Assembly (NCBI RefSeq): GCF_006345805.1
Contig: NC_043007.1
Location: 558,001-622,000 of the forward strand
DNA length: 64,000 nt
Reading direction: 5' to 3'
Origin: Octopus sinensis
Lineage: Eukaryota
How positions within the stretch are numbered: the first letter of the stretch is position 1; each line of letters starts with the position of its first letter. The notes below the pieces were generated by a model that was not told where the DNA came from, searched no databases, and was given only the letters and a program-made list of their open reading frames with translations. Below, in pieces: positions 39,263-52,420 of the stretch. Position numbers and translations under genes: made by a program.

Positions 39263-40159
39263 TATATATGTTTGTATATACTTGCTCGTGTATACAAACA
39301 CACACACACACACAAACAAACACACACATATATATATGTATGTATATACTTACTCGTGTATACAAACACACACACACACACACAAACACACATACACATG
39401 TATATGTATATACTTGCTCGTGTATACAAACACACACACGCCCACACACAGAGTCACACAGATATACTCCAAACACCGTGTCTTAGAAGTGTTGGCTTCT
39501 CAATCAAAGATTTTCTTAGCCTTTCCTTTGAATTTTTTTTTTCCTTTTGTAAATTGCTTCGTCAGTGTATCTGACTTACGCTTACAGCTTTTAGATATCC
39601 ATTTAACCTTGGTCTGATCAAATTCCATTCTGAGAAGCTTCATTGACTGACCGCAGGAACGAATATGCTATAATCGACAAATGGCAATACATAAGTTATA
39701 ACCTTCAAATTCCTATCACGTGCATAAAATAGGATTAGACGGGCAATATTATCATGCGTAGGATAAGATCCTTGATAACCCCGGAACGTCACGAAGTCTG
39801 AAATGAGCTTCTGTCCGTCTTGGCTACCATGAAAAATGCACAACAGAGTGAGAGATAAAGAAAGAGAAATATATATAGAAAGACAGAGAGAGAGAGAGAG
39901 GAGAGAGAGAGAGAAAGGGAGGGAAGGAGAGAGAGAGAAGATATGTTCGTGAAACTGCAGTTAAATTCTGTTTAATCAACTCCTCCGACTAATATCCTAT
40001 TTAAATTTCCGCCCCATCGAAACCCTTACTAATCTCATTCTACTTAAGGGGTGATTGAATTACGCGGAAAGAAACTGAATATGAGCATCAAGTTGTCTAA
40101 TTTATCGATAAGCATTCACCCTCACACTTACACCATACAAAATTGCACGAATACACACA

Positions 40160-40199
40160 TACACACATATATTGAAACACATACACACATACATATATG

Positions 40200-40238
<39 letters not shown>

Positions 40239-40248
40239 TAATATATAT

Positions 40249-40283
<35 letters not shown>

Positions 40284-40383
40284 CTCGCTTATGTGTGTGT
40301 TTATGTATATACATACACACACACGCACACACACGCACACACCACACACAACACACCACACACAACACCCACACACACACACC

Positions 40384-40417
<34 letters not shown>

Positions 40418-40457
40418 CCCGCTTCTGTGTGTATGTATATATATATATCCGCTTATG

Positions 40458-40515
<58 letters not shown>

Positions 40516-40650
40516 GCGTGTGTATATGTTTATATATACATGTGTGTTTATAACATACACACATATATATATATACATAAATAAATCCATAGATACAAAC
40601 ACACACACACACACTCACACAAACACACACACGCGCACGGACGCATATAT
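40160..40650. repeat. (TA)n/(CA)n cluster
   Basis: Direct reading. Confidence 0.9.
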
Positions 40651-41359
40651 GTATGTATCGACAGGGTGTTTTTCCGAAACGGAGATTATCGATTTTAGCT
40701 TCGATTTGCGTCCACGCCAATCATAATCCATCTTTATTAAATGTTTACCGATATTTCATACCAGCTAGTTGTGATTTATTTTAATTTCACGGTGGAGTTA
40801 TATTCATAGAATTTTACTTTTTTGCTCGTAGCAGGACTTTTCCTAGCTTTCCGAAATAAATTAAATAGTATGAAATTAATAACAAAATAGTTGAGGATAT
40901 ATAGAAATATATATATATATATATAAAAAGTTACAACAAAATAACAACAAAGTAAAGGATAAATCAAAAGTATAAAGAAATACAAATTATGCCGAAACAT
41001 GTTATATATTTGTGTTGCTGTGTAAAATGCTAAGGAAATGGTTAATGACGGAACACGATCCGGTTTTTATTAGAGACGTTAAATGATTAAATAAAAGTAC
41101 GAGTAAATTAATATTCGTGTTAGCATAAATGTATGCAGCACGGCAATGTGCACACATGCAGAACTGTAAATATTTACGATAAGGTTTTAGAATCATAATG
41201 CACGCGTGTTCACACAGACGCACACGCACATATGCATATAGGTATATATATATATATTCGCATATATGAATATATATACATATACATGTACTCACGAACA
41301 AGCACGATCACACAAACACACACGTCTATATATCTGTCTACCTATCCCGCTTTCATTAC

Positions 41360-41526
<167 letters not shown>

Positions 41527-41587
41527 GATAAGTTCATACATGAACACACGTAATTATATGCATAGATAGATAGATAGATAATTATAT

Positions 41588-41814
41588 GCGAGCTGGCAGA
41601 ATCGTTAGCACGTCGGACGAAATGCTTAGCAGTATTTCGGATGCCGTTACGTTCTGAGTTCAAATTCCACCGAAGTCGACTTTGCCTTTCAGCTTTTCGG
41701 AGTCGATGAATTAAGTACCAGTTACGCACTGGGGTCGATGTATTCGAGTTAATCCGTTTGTCTGTCCTTGTTTGTCCCCTCTGTGTTTAGCCCCTTGTGG
41801 GTCATAAAGAAATA
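41588..41814 (+). mobile_element. SINE A monomer
   Basis: Near-consensus head and body ending gtgggtcataaagaaata. Confidence 0.85.
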
Positions 41815-41934
41815 TATATGCATGCATACATGCATAGGCACATATATTATATAAAACTATAGCCATCACTGAGTTTCACGTCTCCATTCTTCGAGCGATA
41901 TTTGAAACTTAAAGTTGTGATATTTGTAGGGAAG

Positions 41935-42203
41935 CTGTTGAGGGATCGCGGGTTCGAATCTGAGACCGGGCGATGTGTGTGTTTATGAGCGAAAACACTT
42001 AAGCTCCACGCTGTCCCGGCAGAAGGTAATGGCGAATTACTGCTGACTCTTTTGCCTCAACTTTCTATCACTCTTTCCTCCCGCATCTTGCAGCTCACCT
42101 GCAACGGACCGGCGTCCCTCAGGTGGGGAACCTATACGCCAAGGAAAGCGGGAAACCGGCCCTTATGAGCCAGGAATGGCTCGAGAAGAAACAAACAACA
42201 ACC
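41935..42203 (+). mobile_element. SINE with D-type head/body + tail X
   Basis: ggatcgcgggttcgaatc...gagcgaaaacacttaagctccacg (D type), then gaccggcgtccc..gaaaccggcccttatgagccagg (tail as in 3480-3723) and an (aaca)-type end. Confidence 0.75.
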
Positions 42204-42239
42204 TATTTCAGAAATCCCTATTATATATCAGCTTCAACT

Positions 42240-42445
42240 TTTTGGCACAAGGCCGGCAATTACGGGGTGGGGCTCAGTCCATTTCATCGACCCCAGTACA
42301 CAGCGGCTACTAATTATATTGATTCCGAAGTTGTGAAGGGCAATCGACGACACTGCTTGTATTTGAAATTTGAACGAAAAGACGGACGAAATGACGATAA
42401 GCATTTAATCCGGCGTGCTAACGATTCTGCCTGCTCACCGCCTAG
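42240..42445 (-). mobile_element. SINE A diverged monomer
   Basis: catcgaccccagtac...ccggcgtgctaacgattctgcc.gctcaccgcc. Confidence 0.65.
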
Positions 42446-42807
42446 TAAATCACAATTATATATTAACTTAGTGAAACCTACCCCTCGCCACTAAACAACA
42501 ACAAAATCACGATTAAAAAAATATATTTTAAAATCTTACGATCCAAGAATCAACCGGTCCACATTTTTCGAGGAAAAGAAGTGCTGAAGCGAAACTGAAA
42601 GTATCGGAATGCTTCAGCCACTATTATTAGAATCAGTTAAACTATTCTTTGTAGCAGCAGACATGTCTGTGGAATTTCTAGCACTTGGATTCAGATTCAG
42701 TTCCACTGTCCGACACTTGGAGAAAATGGTTTCCACTACAGATTCCGGACAATCAATGCTTGTTTGTGAATTCGGCAGAAACAATCTGTGCATAAGCTAG
42801 TTAAAGA

Positions 42808-42893
42808 CATACACACATACATACATACATACATACACACATACATACATACATACATACATACATACATACATACATACATACATACATACA

Positions 42894-42926
<33 letters not shown>

Positions 42927-43017
42927 GCATACATACATACATACATACATACATACATACATACATGCATACATACATACATACATATATGCATACATAC
43001 ATACATACATACATACA

Positions 43018-43050
<33 letters not shown>

Positions 43051-43076
43051 GCTACATACATACATACATACATACA

Positions 43077-43109
<33 letters not shown>

Positions 43110-43120
43110 GCATACATACA

Positions 43121-43154
<34 letters not shown>

Positions 43155-43160
43155 CATACA

Positions 43161-43194
<34 letters not shown>

Positions 43195-43196
43195 CA

Positions 43197-43229
<33 letters not shown>

Positions 43230-43236
43230 GCATACA

Positions 43237-43270
<34 letters not shown>

Positions 43271-43328
43271 CATACATACATGCATACATACATACATACA
43301 TACATACATACATGCATACATGCATACA

Positions 43329-43364
<36 letters not shown>

Positions 43365-43441
43365 TACATACATACATACATACATACATACATACATACA
43401 TACATACATACATACATACATTACATACATACATACATACA

Positions 43442-43472
<31 letters not shown>

Positions 43473-43558
43473 CATACATACATACATACATACATACATA
43501 CATACATACATACATACATACATACATACATACATACATACATACATACATACATACA

Positions 43559-43589
<31 letters not shown>

Positions 43590-43647
43590 CATTACATACA
43601 TACATACATACATCATACATACATTACATACATACATACACACACAC

Positions 43648-43680
<33 letters not shown>

Positions 43681-43721
43681 CATACATAGATACATACATA
43701 CATATATACATACATACATAT

Positions 43722-43754
<33 letters not shown>

Positions 43755-43757
43755 TAT
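42808..43757. repeat. (CATA)n array, about 950 bp
   Basis: Direct reading; the source of the long MYVC/HTYI pseudo-ORFs. Confidence 0.97.
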
Positions 43758-44060
43758 TGGCACTTATCGAACTAGTTACAAATCGAAGACGTGACTTTAT
43801 ATGGCTGTTTATAAATATAAGAACCTCTGGAGTGCTCCAGATGGAATTATAATAATGGTATTCCAAATAGTTTGTCCGCCATGTCGTGCAATAACCAAAT
43901 AACGGGAAAACTGTCCAAATTATCCTCGTGAATTATCCCCAGGACATTATTTTGATTCAATTTAGAAAACACCAAATGGAAAATATATTTATCAAACACT
44001 CTGCAAATTCACAGGTCCTCGACCTGTAACTGTTAATTCTGCTAAATATTAGTAAAATTT

Positions 44061-44218
44061 GTGTGGTAAGTAGCTTGCTTACCAACCACGTGGTTCCGGG
44101 TTCAGTCCCACTGCGTGGTATCTTAGACAAAGTGTCTTCTACAATAGCCGCGGGCCGACCAAAGCCTTATGAGTGGATTTGGTAGACGGAAACTGAAAGA
44201 AGCCCTTCGTATATATGT

Positions 44219-44261
<43 letters not shown>

Positions 44262-44477
44262 ATATGTTTGTGTGTCTGTGTTTGTCCGCCAACATCACTT
44301 GACAACTGATGGTGTTGTGTTTACGTCCCTGTAACTAGCGGTTCGGCAAAAGAGACCGATAGAATAAGTACTAGGCTTACAAAGAATAAGTCCTAGGGTC
44401 GATTTGCTCGAAGTAAATTCGGTGCCCCAGCATGGCCGCAGTCAAATGACTGAGACAAGTAAAAGAGTAAAGTGAGT
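44061..44477 (+). mobile_element. SINE family C (slightly 5'-clipped)
   Basis: gtgtggtaagtagcttgcttacc...ggtgccccagcatggccgcagtcaaatgactgagacaagtaaaagag. Confidence 0.88.
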
Positions 44478-44532
44478 ATACTCATAGATTGAGCTAAATT
44501 TTTCTCATTTGAATCAACAACCCACCCGCGAG

Positions 44533-44568
44533 AGGACAAACATACACATACATACATACATACATACA

Positions 44569-44604
<36 letters not shown>

Positions 44605-44778
44605 TACACGACGGGCTTCCTTCAGTTTCCGTCTACCAAGGCTTTCTGTCTCGCACAAGGCTTTGGTTGGCCTGATACTATAGTAGAAGACTCTTGCCCA
44701 AGTTGCCACGCTGTGGGACTGAACCCGGAACCATGTGGTCGGTAAGCAAGCCACTTACCAAACAGTCACTCCTGCACT
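44533..44778 (-). mobile_element. SINE family C, 5' half, inverted relative to the previous copy
   Basis: acgggcttccttcagtttccgtctacc...gggactgaacccggaaccatgtgg...cttaccaaacagtcactcc. Confidence 0.8.
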
Positions 44779-44839
44779 TGCGACACAGCTTCCTGTCCCT
44801 CACACACCACACACCACACACACACACACATATAATATA

Positions 44840-44882
<43 letters not shown>

Positions 44883-45459
44883 ATATATATGTACACACAT
44901 ACAAACACACCGTTTCACATGTGCTGAATAAAACCGCTTCAAAGCAGTGCGCCACAATGGCAGCAATCTAATGTCTGAAACAGATTACGAAAAAATCAGA
45001 TAAAACAGCTCTCTCTGCATTCACGTATTGAGTACCTCATCAAGTATTAAGCACATGACCGAGAAACGCGTTCGCAGTAGAATTAGCGACGGGCTTCAGA
45101 AATTGGTTAGCGGAATGATTACAGCAGGTATTTTATGTTTGTAATTAACGCACAAGAAACTCCTCATAAATTTGGTTATCTTCCGTGAAATTTCTGTTTC
45201 ATTTCTTTTGCCTTTTATCTTTTCTTAGCTGCCTGTCTATCAAGCCGCCTGTTCGTCTGTCTGTGCATCTGTCTGACTGCCTGCCTGCCTGCCTGTCTGT
45301 TTGTCTGTTATCTGTCTATTTGTCCAAATGTATTTTGCTTTATTTAGAACGGGAACTTATCGGCTTGTCCTCTTTTATTTCTTCAATTATTGAACTTAAT
45401 GGCTATTGACTTCAAGGAGAACTAGCATAGCAAATCTAGAAGAAAATATATTATGAAGC

Positions 45460-45516
<57 letters not shown>

Positions 45517-46708
45517 ACTTCACACACTTCACACACACACGAGCACATACACAAATGCACACAAGCACATACACACATACACACACATGAGAATTTGTTT
45601 ATTTCACTCAAGCTTTTTGTACTTGTTTAGTTTTTTCTCTTTTTACATTCATGTGTGTTTCTTTTTTTTTATATCCTGCGCGTTATTTTTTTGCCCCTCC
45701 TCCCCCCACCTCCTCCTCCTTCTCGCCGAATTGATTTAGCGAGGAACGTCCATATTGTAATTACATTTTTGTAGTGTTGACGCATCTGAGCAGTCGTGTA
45801 TTTATTACCATTACATTATTTGACTTGAAAGACACATAAATATTTTAAAAGGAAAACGGCCGAGGCAAAATAAAAATAATAAAATCAAATAAAAATAAAA
45901 AGCCAAACAAACAAGAAAACCGAATGCGCAACTAAATAATCTGGAAGTACCATCCATCAATGTCATCTAACAAAGCTTGTATTGTTGGTTAGCGGGTTGG
46001 CTGGTCGGTTAGTCGGTTGGTGGATTGGTTAGTTTAACAGGATAAGATTTATAAATGAATCTAAACGGCCGATAGCTTATCGCGTTCTCTCATTAATATT
46101 TCTTCTTCCATTGATGTTATTTTTGGTGTCGTTTAACCCAAGGACAGTTCGAAGTGAGTAGATTTATGATCAAAGGCCATCCGTCTTTTAAACATAGTAG
46201 GATTCGATTTGGCTGTTGCTTCTAGTGGGTCGAGATCCCATGCATAGTGCAGAAGTACCCGTGCGTGTACGGAATAAAAAATGGAATATTTAAGTTAGAA
46301 ATTCATAAATGTAAGCTCATACGCGTCCCAGAATTATGACCATCCACTATTTTTTTAAAGACGATGGGATCCGATATCCTGGGAATTTGGTTGCTGTATT
46401 TAACAGGTGTTGTTCCCGCATTCACGGATAATATACTCAAGTGCATAAGTACCGTCACGGGTACATCTGCACTAAATCAAAAATTGAATTCTTCACGCGA
46501 CAAATCCATAGATATATTAAGTAATGTGAAATTACGGTTTTTAGTCTTAAGGCGTTTTTATGTTTTTATTTATTTTATATCACGAAATGTGAAAAAGCAA
46601 AAAAATAGTATCATTTACTACGTTTCCAATGAAACGATCACTGGATTACCATTCTTTTAATTTCGATTTTCTTGAAGTCGTTTATAATTTTACCTTAGTA
46701 TATATATT

Positions 46709-47115
46709 AAGGCGGTGAGCTAGCAGAAACGTTAGCGCGCTGGGCGAACTGCTTAGCAGTATTTCGTCTGCTGTTACGTTCTGAGTTCAAATTCCGCCGA
46801 GGTCGACTTTGCCTTTCATCCTTTCGGGGTCGATAAATAAAGTACCAGTTTCGCACTGGGGTCGATGTAATCGACTTAATCCCTTTGTCTGTCCTTGTTT
46901 GTCCTCTCTATGTTTAGCCCCTTGTGGGTAGTAAAGAAATAAGTATTTCGTCTGCCGTTACGTTCTGAGTTCAAATTCCGCCGAGGTCGACTTTGTCTTT
47001 CATCCTTTCGGAATCAATAAATAAATTACCAGTTTCGCACTGGGGTCGATGTAATCAACTTAATCCGTTTGTTTGTCCCCTCTATGTTTAGCCCCCTGTG
47101 GGCAATAAAAATATA
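46709..47115 (+). mobile_element. SINE A dimer
   Basis: Junction gaaataagtatttcg (about 46937). A 21-bp TSD taattttaccttagtatatat lies at 46685-46705 and 47118-47138. Confidence 0.9.
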
Positions 47116-47407
47116 TTTAATTTTACCTTAGTATATATTTGAGAAACAGGTACACACACACACGCGAGCACAGAAACATATATACCAATCTATCTACCTA
47201 TTTACACACACACACACATACACACTCACGCACACATTAATACATACATATATAAACATGATGGCTGCAACCAGATTTCGAGCAACGTCATCGCTTGAGT
47301 TTTCTGTTAAACACGAACAGTACACCTGTGACATTCCATTCTTCTTATAATCATACACTCTTTTCTACAGATGTGGAAACCATTGATGTCTTTTGCAATT
47401 GGTTTTG

Positions 47408-47470
47408 AGAGCGCTTACCATCCATGCTGACTCTTGCCTTCATTCCATCATGGAATTTTTCATTGAGTCT
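47408..47470 (-). pseudogene. possible RTE-clade RT micro-fragment
   Basis: The minus-strand translation KFHDGMKARVSMDG resembles the FHDGM.ARV..G motif of RTE reverse transcriptases; it is very short. Confidence 0.3.
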
Positions 47471-47579
47471 TTCTCTTTTTCGCTGACAACTAGCCATAGT
47501 TCGCAACACATAACATGGATGTTGACAGAGATATTAAATACCAAGCGATGCTTGAAACTTTTTAAAGTGTAAAAAGGTT

Positions 47580-47627
47580 TTGCACAGGGCCTTGCACAGA
47601 GCTCTGCACAGGGTCTTGCACAGGGCC
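47580..47627. repeat. 4 x 12-bp tandem repeat (ttgcacagggcc)
   Basis: ttgcacagggcc ttgcacagagct ctgcacagggtc ttgcacagggcc. Confidence 0.85.
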
Positions 47628-49616
47628 AATATAACTCTCTAAACTACGTTTGCATTTTCACAAAATGAACTAATTTACGTTTAATTAATGTTTCATCAGA
47701 CGGTTCCTTCACTTGGTGAGATGTTTAGGCAAAGACAAGGGGATTTCTCTCTCTCTCAGCTGTTGGATGGCTGTTGCTTCTCATCCGCGTTTTGACAGGT
47801 CTTAGTTTTGGTTCCAAGATGTCCGATGAAAACCGCCCTCCTCACCAAAACAAGCTTCATAGGGTTTCTGATTTAACCGCCGACATCTCGAACATGTGAC
47901 AGATTGTACAGAGTTGCATGTCCCAGCAGTAATAAGAGTGACCTTACATAATACATACATAAATGTGTACATAGATGTAATGGGTTCTCATTGTCCCTGT
48001 TTGCTAAGGTTCACAGGCAGGGTTAATACGAGAGACTAGAAGACACTCAGCCAAAGTTTCACGCTGTGCGATCGAACCCGGAACTAAGTGATTACAAAGT
48101 GAATTCTTTAACTTTGTAGTCATTTTCACATCATTTGTTTTTCACATAAGCTTTTAGAATCAGTGGGAATCATAAGCTTTTAGAATCTGGATGCGGGTGA
48201 AGAATGCCGTGTTCTTGCTGTGCAGCGTTCCTCGTTTACGAACATGACGAGGTGCCGTACATGGAATTCATTGAAACGAGGGTTGGATGGAGGAATCTTT
48301 TAAATGTCGAAAATGTAATTATTAATGAGCTACGGTTATCGCTGTGACCCATTACAGCTATGAACCACTACAACTGGAGAATGTCAATATGGCTCAGGTG
48401 TAATCAATACTGTTTCTGCAAACCAAATCTATCGAGACAAAATGTTATCTGCACAATCTTTGTGTAATAAACAAGAGAAGCAGCCATAGGCTGAGCTCCG
48501 TTGTTTTGCCGTTTCAACTAACAAACAGAACAAAGCACTTGTTTGATATAAATGTATTGGTTATATATCGATTACGTGAGAACAAGGAATAACCACGTTC
48601 AAAAGATATTAATTGAAAAGAGTTAATATGTTGTGGAGTCTCGTCATTGGCTATTGACCTTTAAATATCGGAATTTTCGAGTGAATTTCTCTGCCGAGAA
48701 CTCTTCTTGGAACATTCTACGTCTTTTGTATTTTCTAACATACATTGCGATGCTTTACAGTAAATGATGCAAATATTGTTATTTAAGATCACAAAGAAAT
48801 CGTTATATGTGGGAAAAAGAAGAAGAAATAAGCACAAAATGAAATAAGCAAACTGATATAAGCAAACACTGTTTCGTATTTTATAAAAGTTCGTATTTTA
48901 TTATAGGACATAGTTTCAAGAAATGATAAAACGTACTCCGGAGACAGATAAATAAATATTTGAAATGACAACAAATGGTTTTGGGCAAAATATTTCCTTA
49001 GACCGACGCAGAATTTCCAATTTCAATCAAATGTTGACCGAAGGCAATAAATTGGCAGAGTCATAAAAACATCGGATAAAATGTTTGCCGTATTCTAACT
49101 CTCTCTCTCTCAGCCCTGACATCAAATTCCACCGTGACCAACTTTGTTTCTCGTCATCTCCAACGTCAATAACAAAGTACAAATACTGGTGTGTCGGAAG
49201 TGTAAGACTGTCGGCCCAGGCGGGTCGCAGTGTTTGCTGCAGCTGTCTACGTTCAGAGTCAAATGCCGCCTAGAACCCTGAAGAAGGACTCTCCCCATGC
49301 CGTAGACATGGTATGCTGAATAAGACAAAAACCAGCACCAAATAGATGCTGTTGAACAGCTTATTTAGCAGAGAGACGGATTATTCAGGCTGGAGAAGCA
49401 TACGTAGGAATTGGAGTATATCTTAAACCCCGGCAACACATAATAATGTGTTTGCAACACATATTATGGATGTTGACAGAGATATTAAATACCAAGTGAT
49501 GCTTGAAGCTTTTTAAAGTTATAAAAGGTTTTGCACAGGATCTTAAACAGAGCTCGGATTTCAGACCTTTGTTCTTTAACAATTTTTCGCTTTAAACAGA
49601 ACCCATTATCAGAAGT

Positions 49617-49810
49617 TATTATCACAAGGCCAGAAACTTTTGGCCAATCGATTAGATCGACTTCACTACGCAACTATTACATAATTTATCGACCCCGACA
49701 GGATGAAAAGCAAAGTCGACCTCGACAGAATTTGAACTCGGAACGTAAAGACAGTCGAAATACAGCTAAGAATTTCGCCCGACGTCTTAACGTTACTGCC
49801 AGCTCACCGA
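49617..49810 (-). mobile_element. SINE A monomer
   Basis: atttatcgaccccgacaggatgaaaagcaaagtcgacctcgacagaatttgaactc...ttactgccagctcaccg. Confidence 0.75.
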
Positions 49811-50419
49811 TTTGACTTATTATCAGAAATTAACAAGCAAATAAATTGTTGAAATGCTCTTCACGAGTAAATGCGGATTAAGCCAGGTAATAAGCCAATT
49901 TGTAAATCATTAATATGTCGCCGATTCCCACTTGTTTCGGACCTGCTGCACCAATAACTCCTTTTGTCATGCATTATCCGATTAACCTATGTGAAGTAGA
50001 CATTTTCTGTCGAAGTAAACTGCACACATACACATGCCGCCCTCCTCCAACACATAACGGACACCGCAGCTGGACAATTTTAATCCACAGCTGATCTATT
50101 TCTTTGGTTTTAACTCTTTATATCTGTAAGAGATGCGTTCTCGAGACGACGTTTTCAGGTTTTGCCTGTATATTTACGTGTCAGATGTAGATTGCTATTT
50201 TGAAAGTACTTCCCTCGCAAATAGCGTACACACGCACGTACGCACACACACTTACACTCACACACCCACAAATACACACACTCACACAAACATATATGCA
50301 TATACGCACACATACACATACACGCAGGCACACACACACACACACACACACACGGACGAGTGACTAAGTAAACAAAAGAAGTCATCTCAAGTAAGTAATA
50401 TGGAGGAGCTGAGAGAGGC

Positions 50420-50495
50420 TGTTCTTTGACTGTTCTTAAACATACATAAAAACATATATATAAATATATACATAAACATATATACATATATACAC

Positions 50496-50543
<48 letters not shown>

Positions 50544-50821
50544 ACATATATATGCATATATACATATACATATATATGTTTATGATATTTATACATATAT
50601 ATATATGTGTATGTGTATATCTATATATATATATATATCTATATATATATATATATGAAATATATGAAATATATATATTATGTATATGTAGAAAAATATA
50701 TATGCATATTTTATTTATACATATATATATATGTATATGTATATATATGTGTGTGTGTATATATATATAAATATATATGTATATGTTATTCATCTATATA
50801 TGTGTTTATATATATATATGA

Positions 50822-50874
<53 letters not shown>

Positions 50875-50895
50875 AATGTCTGTGTGTGTCTGTCT
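50420..50895. repeat. (TA)n compound microsatellite
   Basis: Direct reading. Confidence 0.95.
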
Positions 50896-52204
50896 GTCAT
50901 TTACTGCATAAACGCCTGACACACATTCATTGCACACAAAGAGACCAATGTCTTTAATCGAGGGTTCAATACGGAATTTTTTTTGAAATATCAATATATT
51001 ATCAGACAAGAAAAAAAGATTGTATATATTCTTTTCTTCGAAGGCAAGCAAACTTATTAACAGACCAGTGTTATCCCATCATCTGGGCCTTATTCTTTTG
51101 TCTAGTTTTACAAACTATAAAACTCAAGATATTTTTCATACTTAGCACAATGTTACAATTTCTTTTGAATTTCCAAATAATAATCAATCTTCCTAAGAAT
51201 CTTGCTTTTATTTTAGAAATTTGTGCCGAAAAAAATAAAGTAAAACGAAACGATATTTTTTATTACATATTTATATTATTTTTACGTAAAGAAATATCTT
51301 TTGTGTTCATACGATAATTTTTTTACGAAAATAATAAAAAATGCCAGATGAAACTGAAGAAGCAACAGTAAAGCTTAGTATATGATATTACTTTAGTTCT
51401 CATTTTTGCTTATTACTTGGATGCTTGTCTTTGGAAATCGTTATTTTGCTCCGGTGGTATATCGTTGCAGCCGGGGAAAAACAGAAAGCTACAGAGAATG
51501 GTAGAGAGATAGTAAAACAGAAAGATTGAATCGAAAATATATTATGAATAAAAATAAAAAAACTCCTAATATAAAGAAAGTCTTTCAGACTATATACTGA
51601 GCTTGAAAATGAAGAGACTAATAGAAAGAAATCACGATGGAAAAATAGAGAAAAAAACAGCCCTGCACTCTTTCCAGAATCATTATCGAGTACATCTAAC
51701 AGCGGCCATGTTGGACAAGATGTCGACACAGCGTAACCTAAAATAAATATATATTTACACCACACATAATTAGCACTTCTTCTGAAATAGGCAGTTTGGT
51801 TAGAATCAAGCTTGATAAGATGCAGAAGAGTTTGTTGTTATATCATCAGGATATTTATAGCTATTTCTTCTGATATAATATGTCCATGGATTACGTTCTC
51901 GTTAGAGCTGATTAAGGATTCCAAAATCTTCAAAGACAATCTAATTGAGAAGCCATATTAAAGATGATAGGCAGTGGATTGCCAGAATCATTAAGGGCAG
52001 TATTTAGTTACTGCTCTTTAATCCCATCAAGGTTAACGCTGCCTTTTATCCTTCCGGGAGTCGATAAAATATGATACTAATCAAGAACTGAAGATGAATT
52101 CAATTGCCAAATCTTTTCCTCTAAATTTGTGGTCATATGTCTACGTTTGAAATCAATATTACAGATAACAGTGCAGTGGATAGGAAAAAAGAACAGTATA
52201 TCGA

Positions 52205-52420
52205 GAAAGGGTGATCGATAGCAAAAGGTGGGTGAGGGGGATAGACGGTGGATTGGAAAAGGGCGGTGGATCTGGAAGGGAAGATGAATCGAGAAAGAAT
52301 CGCGGATCATCAAAAGACCGTGGGCCAAGAAGGGATGAGAGTAAGGAGGAAGAAGGGTGGATCGGAAAAGAACGGCGGATAAGGAGAGGACTGTGGATTG
52401 AAGAAGGATGGTGATTTAGA
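52205..52420. repeat. degenerate 18-bp purine-rich minisatellite (about 10 units)
   Basis: ggtggatcggaaaag-like units start at 52246, 52265, 52283, 52301, 52319, 52337, 52356, 52374, 52392 and 52410. Confidence 0.65.

Noticed and set aside
39640-39843. 67-aa non-repetitive ORF (HGSQDGQKLISDF...)
   Set aside because: No recognisable family or splice support, and the length is within chance expectation.
51678-51732. Candidate 55-nt exon after ctcttttccag
   Set aside because: The acceptor is good but the donor is weak (c|gtaacc), the peptide is unrecognisable, and there are no partner exons; it needs RNA-seq.
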